Sequence record: NC_041918.2
From: Geobacillus phage TP-84
Length of the DNA: 24,000 bases
Direction: 5' to 3' (one strand)
A model generated the notes under the pieces. The model was not told where the DNA came from. It did not search any database and saw only the letters and a program-made list of their open reading frames with translations. Positions 1-7,972 of the stretch are shown in pieces. Each line of letters begins with the position of its first letter. Position 1 is the stretch's first letter. Position numbers and translations under genes: made by a program.

Positions 1-9
1 GAATAAATA

Positions 10-516
10 ATGGCAAAAGTGACACTGACAATCAAAAACGGAAACGTGAAGGAATCACAACAATTCGAGATCGACAAAATCACAACTTTCCAGGCATTGA
101 AACTGAAAAATGAAATCCATGCAATCTTGAAAGACTTGAAAAACAATGGCGAACTGAAAGAAGTCATGGAAGGTCTATTCAGCGGCGAATTCGATGTGGA
201 CAACATGGACATTAAAAACATCACAGCGGATCAACTGGAACAAATGAAAGACGAAAAATTCATCACAAGCCTGGCAGGGGCATTCGATCGATTGCTTGAA
301 ACTGTGCCGGAACGTGCGATGAATCTATTGTCCATCATGTCTGGCATCGATCGTGAAGTGTTAGAAAAAGCGTATCTGGAAGAATTATTCGATGTCTATG
401 ATGCTGTTATGGAAGAAAACGACATCATCAAACTAATTGACCGAATGAAACGATCTTTTTTTACGACAAAGGGCCAATGGTCGCAGGCACTTCGAACATT
501 TCTGGCCAACAAATAA
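10..516 (+). CDS. phage tail assembly chaperone (G-like)
   Basis: 168-aa acidic helical ORF directly upstream of the tape measure, with an overlapping -1 frame ORF; classic G/GT arrangement. Confidence 0.75.
   Translation: MAKVTLTIKNGNVKESQQFEIDKITTFQALKLKNEIHAILKDLKNNGELKEVMEGLFSGEFDVDNMDIKNITADQLEQMKDEKFITSLAGAFDRLLETVPERAMNLLSIMSGIDREVLEKAYLEELFDVYDAVMEENDIIKLIDRMKRSFFTTKGQWSQALRTFLANK
456..462 (+). promoter_or_regulatory. candidate -1 programmed ribosomal frameshift site (T TTT TTT)
   Basis: Seven T's in the zero-frame phase cga tcT TTT TTT acg; the -1 frame is then open to 851. Confidence 0.7.
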
Positions 517-851
517 ACGATGACACCGATCTATTCGAAATGATCATATACACATTGTCACCAGTCCTGGGCGGCAGATCCGAAGTCCTGGCCACGCCGT
601 TTGTCGAGTGTTTGAAATACATCGAACTAGAACGACAGCGGAAAAAGGCGGATCGATGGAACAGATTTATGGATCTGTTTTATGCACATCCTATGGTGGA
701 TAAGAACAAACGGCAAAGATATGTCGAACTGATCCAACCAGAAAGACCAAGACGAAAACTGACAATGCGGACAAACCTTGAACAATTAAAGGCACTAAAA
801 GAACAACAAGAAAGAGAACGTGCCAGAAAATCAATCAGACAGGGGGGATGA
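477..851 (+). CDS. C-terminal (T-like) portion of the tail assembly chaperone, probably made as a -1 frameshift fusion with ORF 10..516
   Basis: The frame is open from codon 462 (tac gac aaa ggg cca atg), immediately after the T TTT TTT heptamer at 456-462; it ends in tga at 849-851. Confidence 0.65.
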   Translation: MVAGTSNISGQQINDDTDLFEMIIYTLSPVLGGRSEVLATPFVECLKYIELERQRKKADRWNRFMDLFYAHPMVDKNKRQRYVELIQPERPRRKLTMRTNLEQLKALKEQQERERARKSIRQGG

Positions 852-870
852 TTGAAAGGGGGCACGATAA

Positions 871-3468
871 GTGGCGACAATCCGTGAACTGCGTGCAAAA
901 TTCACTGCGACTGCGAATGGATTCAAATCAGCTATACAAGGCATAAAAAAAGATATTCAAAGTCTGAATGATGCAAGCAATAAGGCCGCCGACAACATGA
1001 ACAGTCGATTTAGCAATCTGAAATCGACACTGGTGGGATTCGCCGGGGCATATCTAGGATTCGAAGCGTTAAAAGGCGGCATCACCAGTGTGGCAACGGC
1101 GATGATCCAGGGAAACGCCAATATGGAACAATACCATGCCACACTGACGACTGTTCTGAAATCGTCAGAAAAAGCGACAGAAATGCTGGCGTGGGCCGAA
1201 AAATTCGCCGCATCCACACCATTTGAGATCCCGGACATCGTTGAAGCGACAACAAAACTGGAAGTGTATGGGATCAGTGCGAAAGAAACACTGAAAGACA
1301 TCGGTGACATGGCGGCGATCACCGGGAAACCGTTAATGCAAGCGGTCGAAGCGATCGCCGATGCCCAAACAGGTGAATTGGAACGCTTGAAGGAATTCGG
1401 TATCACCAAGCAGATGTTGATCGACAAGGCCCAAGAACTTTATGGAAAAGAGATCGTCAACGCAAAGGGCCAGATCACTGACATGGAAACAATGAACAAA
1501 GCATTATTCGCCATCATGCGTGAACGTTATAGCGGTGGTATGGAATATATATCAAAAACGTTCAATGGTATGTTGGCGAACATCAAAGATTCGATGGGCA
1601 CAATCGCCGCCGAACTAGGAAAACCGATATTTGAAAAGTTAAAAGGTCAAATGGAAGATTTAGTGCCGATCATGTCGGCATTTACATCGTTCATTCGCGG
1701 CGACATGTCGGGTGCGATGAAAACACTGACGGAAGCATTCGGCGCAAATAAAGCACAGCAGATCATGTCCTTTTTCCAGACGATCAAAAACGCTGGAATG
1801 GGCATAAAAGACTTTTTCGTGTCACTTGCACCGACAGTGCAAAACATCGGAACGATCCTGGGGAACATCGCACCGATCATCATCGGTCCACTTGTGATTG
1901 CGTTTAAAGCTATCGCCGCGGTACTTCCACCAGTTTTAAACACGATCACTGGAATCGTGGCCAAGTTTACTGAATGGGAAGGATTCATCCCACTGGTGAC
2001 AGGCCTGGCGGCGGCGATGGCCGTATTCAAGGCGCAGACGGTCGCCACACAGATCGTGACAACCGTGGCAACTAGGGCGACACAAATGTGGGCGGCGGCA
2101 CAAAGATTATTGAACCTGGCGATGTCTATGAATCCGATGACGTTGATCATCGGGCTGATCGTTGGTTTGGTGGCCGCACTGGTTATGGCTTATCAACGGT
2201 CTGAAACATTCCGCAACATTGTCAATAATGCATGGCAGTCGATCAAATCCGTGGTGTCTGCGGTTATCAACTGGTTTGTGACGACAATCCCACAATGGGT
2301 GGAAAATGTCAAAAACTGGTTTGTCGGCCTGGGTCAACGAATTTCTGAAACGTGGTCAAATATCAAAAACGGCATCGTCAGCATCTGGCAGAATATCATC
2401 GGAACGGTCGTGCCGATTGTCCAGTCTTTTGTCCAGGCTATCGTTGAACGAGCCAAACAGATCGCCACAAATGTGATGAACTTTATTCGGCCGCTGATCG
2501 ACTTTTTCAAAAACACCTGGAATAATATCAAATTGCTTGTCCTTTCAATTGTTGGTGTTTTTTTGAATCTGCTAGTCGGGAATTTTGAAGGTTTGAAAAT
2601 TTCTCTTTTGGGAATCTGGACAGCGATCAAAAACCAGGTCATCAATATCGCCACGACAATCAAGTCAATGGCCGTCAACATTTTCACGGCTTTGAAAAAT
2701 GGTGTACTTGCAGTGATCAACGGTTTGAAGTCGCTGGCGATCTCGGCGTGGAACGGTTTGAAGTCGGCGGCGATCTCGGTGTGGACAGGTTTGAAAAATG
2801 GTGTCGTAAATACGGTACAGGCTTTGAAAAACACAGCGATCAACATCGTCAACAGTGTCAAGTCTGGGGTAGTCAATGCGTTTAATTCAGCGAAAAACCT
2901 GGCAATTTCAGCCTGGAACGCATTGAAATCTGGTGTATCGAACGCGATCAACAGCGTGAAATCCCTGGTCAGCAACATGAAAAACAACATTATCAGCACG
3001 ATCAAGGGAATCAACTTGTTCGAAATGGGCAAAAACGTAATCCAGGGATTCATCAAAGGGATCAAATCGATGGTCGGTGCGGTTGGAAAAGCCATCAAAG
3101 AAGTCGCATCGAACGTCACGAACAAGATCAAATCGGCACTGGGCATCCATTCGCCATCACGTGTGCTGATGGAAATCGGCGCATACACTGGTCAAGGATT
3201 CGCTATCGGTATTGAGAACATGAAAAAAGCGGTCGTCAATGCAACACAATCCCTGGCCGATGCAACGATCGGAACGATCAGCAGTGCAGAATTGAATCCA
3301 ACCGAACCACAAGTTGCGGTGGCGGCGGCCACAGGAGCGCAGACGAACTATAACGCACCGCTGATGTATGTCGAAAACCAATACGTGAACGACAATACAG
3401 ATGTGCGTGACATTTCACATGGTCTGTATAACTTGCAACGCAGATCAGATCGCAAAAAAGGGTGGTGA
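871..3468 (+). CDS. phage tail tape measure protein
   Basis: 865 aa, GTG start, N-terminal coiled-coil/tape-measure region (TPFEIPDIVEATTKLEVYGI), hydrophobic central segments, 11-residue repeats, C-terminal 'SALGIHSPSRVLMEIGAYTGQGFAIGI' typical of Firmicute phage tape measures. Confidence 0.95.
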   Translation: MATIRELRAKFTATANGFKSAIQGIKKDIQSLNDASNKAADNMNSRFSNLKSTLVGFAGAYLGFEALKGGITSVATAMIQGNANMEQYHATLTTVLKSSEKATEMLAWAEKFAASTPFEIPDIVEATTKLEVYGISAKETLKDIGDMAAITGKPLMQAVEAIADAQTGELERLKEFGITKQMLIDKAQELYGKEIVNAKGQITDMETMNKALFAIMRERYSGGMEYISKTFNGMLANIKDSMGTIAAELGKPIFEKLKGQMEDLVPIMSAFTSFIRGDMSGAMKTLTEAFGANKAQQIMSFFQTIKNAGMGIKDFFVSLAPTVQNIGTILGNIAPIIIGPLVIAFKAIAAVLPPVLNTITGIVAKFTEWEGFIPLVTGLAAAMAVFKAQTVATQIVTTVATRATQMWAAAQRLLNLAMSMNPMTLIIGLIVGLVAALVMAYQRSETFRNIVNNAWQSIKSVVSAVINWFVTTIPQWVENVKNWFVGLGQRISETWSNIKNGIVSIWQNIIGTVVPIVQSFVQAIVERAKQIATNVMNFIRPLIDFFKNTWNNIKLLVLSIVGVFLNLLVGNFEGLKISLLGIWTAIKNQVINIATTIKSMAVNIFTALKNGVLAVINGLKSLAISAWNGLKSAAISVWTGLKNGVVNTVQALKNTAINIVNSVKSGVVNAFNSAKNLAISAWNALKSGVSNAINSVKSLVSNMKNNIISTIKGINLFEMGKNVIQGFIKGIKSMVGAVGKAIKEVASNVTNKIKSALGIHSPSRVLMEIGAYTGQGFAIGIENMKKAVVNATQSLADATIGTISSAELNPTEPQVAVAAATGAQTNYNAPLMYVENQYVNDNTDVRDISHGLYNLQRRSDRKKGW
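2650..2990 (+). repeat. about ten degenerate 11-residue (33-nt) repeats within the tape measure gene
   Basis: TIKSMAVNIFT / ALKNGVLAVIN / GLKSLAISAWN / GLKSAAISVWT / GLKNGVVNTVQ / ALKNTAINIVN / SVKSGVVNAFN / SAKNLAISAWN / ALKSGVSNAIN / SVKSLVSNMKN. Boundaries approximate. Confidence 0.75.
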
Positions 3469-3473
3469 TGTAG

Positions 3474-4211
3474 ATGCCTATGGGCTATACATTCGGCGGT
3501 CGGCACATTCATGAATTCCTGGTCGAAATGACTGGGAAAAATGTGCCGATGACACCGCCGATCAAAAACCTATCAGAAGAACAAGGCGGCATTGACGGCG
3601 GATGGGATTTTGGGATTCAATACGAACCGAAAATTATCACCATCGATCATTACATCCTGGCGAAAACCAGGGAAGAACGGCAAAACATGATCCGTGAACT
3701 GGCAGGATGGCTGAATCCACGACTGGGTGCAAGGGAATTGATATTCGATGACGAACCAGACAAAATGTATTATGCAAGATTATCCGAACAATTCGCGCTG
3801 GAAAAGGTTATCGGAACATATAGCGACTTTTCACTGAATTTCATCTGTTATGATCCATTTACTTATTCGGTCCAGGAATACACGCAAAACATCACAGGCA
3901 GTGGACAAATCGAACACCTGGGAACACACGTGTCGAAACCGATCTTGATTGTGGATCATCGCGGCGGATCAGCAACGATCACGAATCAGACACAAGACGG
4001 ACAAACACAGACGGTGACATTCGCATCGACTACACCGCCAGGTATATTCACAATCGATATGAAGGAAGGAACGGTCAAACTGGGAACGCAAAGCGGCGAA
4101 AAATACATCGATTCAATTGAATGGTTTGAATTAGAACAAGGGATGAACACGATCACGCACAGCGGCAACATCAATCAAATTACAGTGAAATATCGGCATA
4201 CATGGCTATGA
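3474..4211 (+). CDS. distal tail protein (Dit/Sipho_tail-like)
   Basis: 245 aa, N-terminal 'YTFGGRHIHEFLVEMTGKNVP' and 'IITIDHYILAKTREERQNMIRELAGWLNP'; located between tape measure and Tal. Confidence 0.85.
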   Translation: MPMGYTFGGRHIHEFLVEMTGKNVPMTPPIKNLSEEQGGIDGGWDFGIQYEPKIITIDHYILAKTREERQNMIRELAGWLNPRLGARELIFDDEPDKMYYARLSEQFALEKVIGTYSDFSLNFICYDPFTYSVQEYTQNITGSGQIEHLGTHVSKPILIVDHRGGSATITNQTQDGQTQTVTFASTTPPGIFTIDMKEGTVKLGTQSGEKYIDSIEWFELEQGMNTITHSGNINQITVKYRHTWL

Positions 4212-4227
4212 AAAAGGGGTGATCGGC

Positions 4228-6861
4228 ATGGCGATTCAAAAAGCGTTATTCACGAATCAGTCAGATTTTATTCAAATAGGATCGAACCAGGTCGGTGTCG
4301 ATCCTTTTCTGTATTATAACGGCGATCAATATCAACAAAACAAAGTGGCCATCCAGATGCAACGATTCGGCAGTCCTGCGGCCATCGGTCCAGGAATCAG
4401 AGGGAACGCGGCGGCGATGGATGGTGGATGTACCATCTGGCGAAATGTGCCGAATCCGGCGGCTAGAAAACGCATGATCAGTCTATGGATCAAGCCGACA
4501 GCGGCGGATCTATCACGTTTTTTCAGTGTGATCTGCACAGACCGTGGCGATGGATGGACTGATCATGGGATGCATCTGGCATTGAACTTCGATAGTGCAA
4601 AGCAAAAAACATTGTTGAATGCGCGGATTATCAGATCAGGATCGGGAACATCACAATGGTACACACATGATCCAGATCAAGGAACGATAGAATTCCAGGC
4701 CGATCAATGGTATCACATTTGCTTCTTTTATGATGCAGATGGCGGCCTGCCTGGCGGTCGTTATGTTGCAGTGTACGTGAATAAGACACTGCAACTGCAA
4801 TCGTTCGTTGCGCCATTTGATATTACTGCGGCATATACCAGATCGTTCACACTTGGCGACATACCAAACAACGGATCATATAGCGGCACATATCGATTCA
4901 GCGGCATGATTGACGAAGTGATCCGATTGCACGGTGATGATGTGTGGACCATTCAAGAAATGCAACAATATTATGACGACATCATGGCCGGAAATTACAT
5001 CGATGCAGAAACCGAACCAGGAACGATGAAAGTCGGAAAAAATTTTGTGACTGGACAATATAATACGAATCTGATGACATGGACATCACCGACAATCGAT
5101 TTAGGCCAGGATGGATTCGATGATTTTGGTCGTGTGCAGTTAAACTTCGAACAGCCGCCTGGTACATTCATCAACATTTACACCAGAACATCGGATGATG
5201 GCCAAAATTGGGATGCCTGGGTGAAAACAAGTGTCGATGGAACAATCAACAGCAGTGATAAGCGTTATTTGCAAATCAAAATCGAATTCCAAACGACAAA
5301 CGGTGCAATAACACCAAAGATCATGGAAGTCCAGGTCCTGGATTATCAAAAAATTAAGCGTCTGACACTGACATCCGAACCATTGATTATTTATAAGGAT
5401 CTGGAAAGCGGCCTGGAACGCATCGGCGAATTGAAAAACGCTTATGACGTTATCATCACAGAAGAAATCAACGGTGAAGAAGTCATCGAATTCAAAATGG
5501 CATCGAACGATCCGAAACGAATCGAACTGGGCGCAGAACCAGTCGAACTGATCGCACGGATCGGTGATAAACAATTTATCATTCGAAACGCGATCGATAA
5601 ACGTGACGAAAACGGCAAGAAATACACACAATTTTTCGGTGAAGCGTTATGGTATGAATTGCGCGATGCTAAAGTGATCAACTATGAACAGGTGGAAAAG
5701 ACGGCATACGAACACATCCAGGCCATCTTGAATTCAGCGGTCGTGCCGACTGGGTGGACCATTTACAAAGTCGAATCCGATGGCCGAAAACGAACGATTC
5801 GCGGCGAATGGAAATCTGTCCTGGAATTATTACGCGAAGTCGTTGATCAGTTTGGCGGCGAACTGCAATTCGACACCATTAATCGCACAATCAGCCTGGT
5901 GAACCGCATCGGTGAAGATAACGGCGTTCGATTCTACTACAATAAGAATCTGAAAACGATCGAACGGTCGGTGGACACGTACAATCTGATCACACGTCTA
6001 TATCTATATGGCAAAAACGGCATGACTGTCCAATCTGTCCATCCACAAGGCCTGGAATACATTGAGGACTTAACATGGGTAAACGCGTTGAATCTGCGAA
6101 ATAAGATTCGCATCGGTGTCTGGAAAGATGAACGATACACGATTCCGCAGAACCTTTATGATGATGGCATGAAAATGTTGCAAGAAATGGCGAAACCGAA
6201 TGTGTCTTATGCGATGACTATTGCGGATCTGTCCATGTTGTCCGGCCATGAACACGAATCGATCGGCCTGGGCGACACCGTCTGGGTAGTGGACACCGAA
6301 CTGATGAATCTGCTTGTGGAAGCGCGCATCGTGCGGCGAAAATACAACGTGCGGCAACCGTGGAAAACAGAAGTCGAATTGAATCAACCGAAAAAGGAAC
6401 TGGCCGATGCGAATCGGCGTGCTATTGACGATGCAATCGAAACGCTAGTGGAAAGCGATCCACTGGACACAAGTGACGTTCAACAGATGACTGTGTTCAA
6501 TCATTTATTGAATTCACGTGCAGAAGATGGCACGAAATACTGGGAAGTGACTGGATCAGACATCACGATCGAACCGTCTGGATTCAGTGGTAATGCATCT
6601 TGGAAAATACAAAGCGGCTATGGAAAAACAAATAAACTGAAACAATCCATTTATGGTGTGTCACATCGTTCGGCGTACACTATCAGTGCATATGTGGCCA
6701 CAGAAGGAACGATCACCAGGGGAACATCACAGGATGCGTTCGTGGGGATCAAGGTGACGATTCACTACACTGAACCAGACAGCGATGGCAAAACATATGA
6801 AGAACACTTCCTGGCGATCCCGGACATCACACAACAAGGCGGTGAAGATAATGGCGGTTAA
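4228..6861 (+). CDS. phage minor structural/tail-associated protein with N-terminal LamG-like domain, Tal/prophage tail endopeptidase-like core and C-terminal carbohydrate-binding-like region
   Basis: ATG 4228 preceded by AAAAGGGGTGA. Core 'LTSEPLIIYKDLESGLERIGELKNAYDVIITEEINGEEVIEFKM...' is typical of Tal-type proteins; N-terminus has LamG-like 'RMISLWIKP...FQADQWYHICFFYD'. Confidence 0.8.
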   Translation: MAIQKALFTNQSDFIQIGSNQVGVDPFLYYNGDQYQQNKVAIQMQRFGSPAAIGPGIRGNAAAMDGGCTIWRNVPNPAARKRMISLWIKPTAADLSRFFSVICTDRGDGWTDHGMHLALNFDSAKQKTLLNARIIRSGSGTSQWYTHDPDQGTIEFQADQWYHICFFYDADGGLPGGRYVAVYVNKTLQLQSFVAPFDITAAYTRSFTLGDIPNNGSYSGTYRFSGMIDEVIRLHGDDVWTIQEMQQYYDDIMAGNYIDAETEPGTMKVGKNFVTGQYNTNLMTWTSPTIDLGQDGFDDFGRVQLNFEQPPGTFINIYTRTSDDGQNWDAWVKTSVDGTINSSDKRYLQIKIEFQTTNGAITPKIMEVQVLDYQKIKRLTLTSEPLIIYKDLESGLERIGELKNAYDVIITEEINGEEVIEFKMASNDPKRIELGAEPVELIARIGDKQFIIRNAIDKRDENGKKYTQFFGEALWYELRDAKVINYEQVEKTAYEHIQAILNSAVVPTGWTIYKVESDGRKRTIRGEWKSVLELLREVVDQFGGELQFDTINRTISLVNRIGEDNGVRFYYNKNLKTIERSVDTYNLITRLYLYGKNGMTVQSVHPQGLEYIEDLTWVNALNLRNKIRIGVWKDERYTIPQNLYDDGMKMLQEMAKPNVSYAMTIADLSMLSGHEHESIGLGDTVWVVDTELMNLLVEARIVRRKYNVRQPWKTEVELNQPKKELADANRRAIDDAIETLVESDPLDTSDVQQMTVFNHLLNSRAEDGTKYWEVTGSDITIEPSGFSGNASWKIQSGYGKTNKLKQSIYGVSHRSAYTISAYVATEGTITRGTSQDAFVGIKVTIHYTEPDSDGKTYEEHFLAIPDITQQGGEDNGG

Positions 6862-7060
6862 TTCGCTGAATTTTGAACTGATCGTGAAGAAGATAGAAAC
6901 AGACACATCGCGGAAAGTGGATCACATCGATGTCGAGATCATCGCCAATGACTACACAGGAACGTTTTATTTTACGGATATAATGTTTCAATCGGGAACG
7001 GTGGCCACATCCTGGGTGGGCCACGTGTCTGAAATCAGATGGTCATTCGATAACGCATAG
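6851..7060 (+). CDS. small tail-region protein, paralogous to the N-terminus of the next gene
   Basis: ATG 6851 with AAGGCGGTGA upstream; product MAVNSLNFELIVKKIETDTSRKVDHIDVEIIANDYTGTFYFTD...; overlaps the end of the previous gene. Confidence 0.7.
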   Translation: MAVNSLNFELIVKKIETDTSRKVDHIDVEIIANDYTGTFYFTDIMFQSGTVATSWVGHVSEIRWSFDNA

Positions 7061-7069
7061 GGGGGGATC

Positions 7070-7972
7070 GTGATGCCAAAGATCACAGACTGGAAAGTGT
7101 TTGGCGGCACGGTCGAACTGGAACGGAAACACATGAAAGTGGACCACGTGGATCTGGAAATCGTGGTCCACGACACCGTTTCATGGAAGGATGGGCCACA
7201 ACCAATCTATTTCACTGATCTACAATTCCAACCAGGCCACCAAAAGACAGGGTGGATTCCAAACACACAAGAATTCCTGGATCGTGTTGAATTCACTGTC
7301 GATGAACTGCGGCGATACCGACTGGCAGATGGATCGGTCGATCCTTATTTTCAATTTCCGCCAGGTGTGACACCGCGAACCTACACACCAGAAGAACTTG
7401 GCTATCAGCGGCTTTTCAATATTATGGGCCGCGGCCATGAAGTTATTGTCCTGCCGAATGATCTGCCAGAACCAGAATTCTGGGATCTTGATCTGATTGC
7501 ACAAAAAGGCCTGGAACGGCCAGTTGAGATTCTTTCCACTGGGATTGACTTCACGATCATCCCAAAAGATGACTTCGAACTGATGCGACTTTCAAACAAT
7601 ATCGGTGCATTGTTGCCGGAGGAAGAACAGAAATATCCAGACGATCCCGAACATCCACTGAATTATCGATATACCAGGGAATTTTGGATCGGAAGCGGCC
7701 ACGCAGGGGATGTCATCGAGATCAACGCCACCACCATGACGGCCAAAGTGAATGGCATCACCATCAACACACAAGGGATCAAACAAATCACGACTGGCAG
7801 TGATACAATAAAAATATACAAAAACAAATTTCATCTGATGCCGCGTGGATCGGTCCGATTCCGTGTCGAATTTTATGGCCGGGATGCAAATGGCCGCCTG
7901 GCCGACACTGGGATCGGTTATCGCGGCACAGCAACATTTAAACAATGGACATATGGGGTGGAAAGACTATGA
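7070..7972 (+). CDS. tail/baseplate-region structural protein
   Basis: 300 aa, GTG 7070 or ATG 7073 after GGGGGGAT; shares KVDHVDLEIV...IYFTDLQFQ with the preceding small protein. Confidence 0.7.
   Translation: MMPKITDWKVFGGTVELERKHMKVDHVDLEIVVHDTVSWKDGPQPIYFTDLQFQPGHQKTGWIPNTQEFLDRVEFTVDELRRYRLADGSVDPYFQFPPGVTPRTYTPEELGYQRLFNIMGRGHEVIVLPNDLPEPEFWDLDLIAQKGLERPVEILSTGIDFTIIPKDDFELMRLSNNIGALLPEEEQKYPDDPEHPLNYRYTREFWIGSGHAGDVIEINATTMTAKVNGITINTQGIKQITTGSDTIKIYKNKFHLMPRGSVRFRVEFYGRDANGRLADTGIGYRGTATFKQWTYGVERL

Noticed and set aside
1647-3381. Long minus-strand ORFs across the tape measure and elsewhere
   Set aside because: Mirror-frame ORFs from the biased codon usage of + strand genes (antisense of GAT/ATC/GAA-rich sequence); no RBS or domain content.
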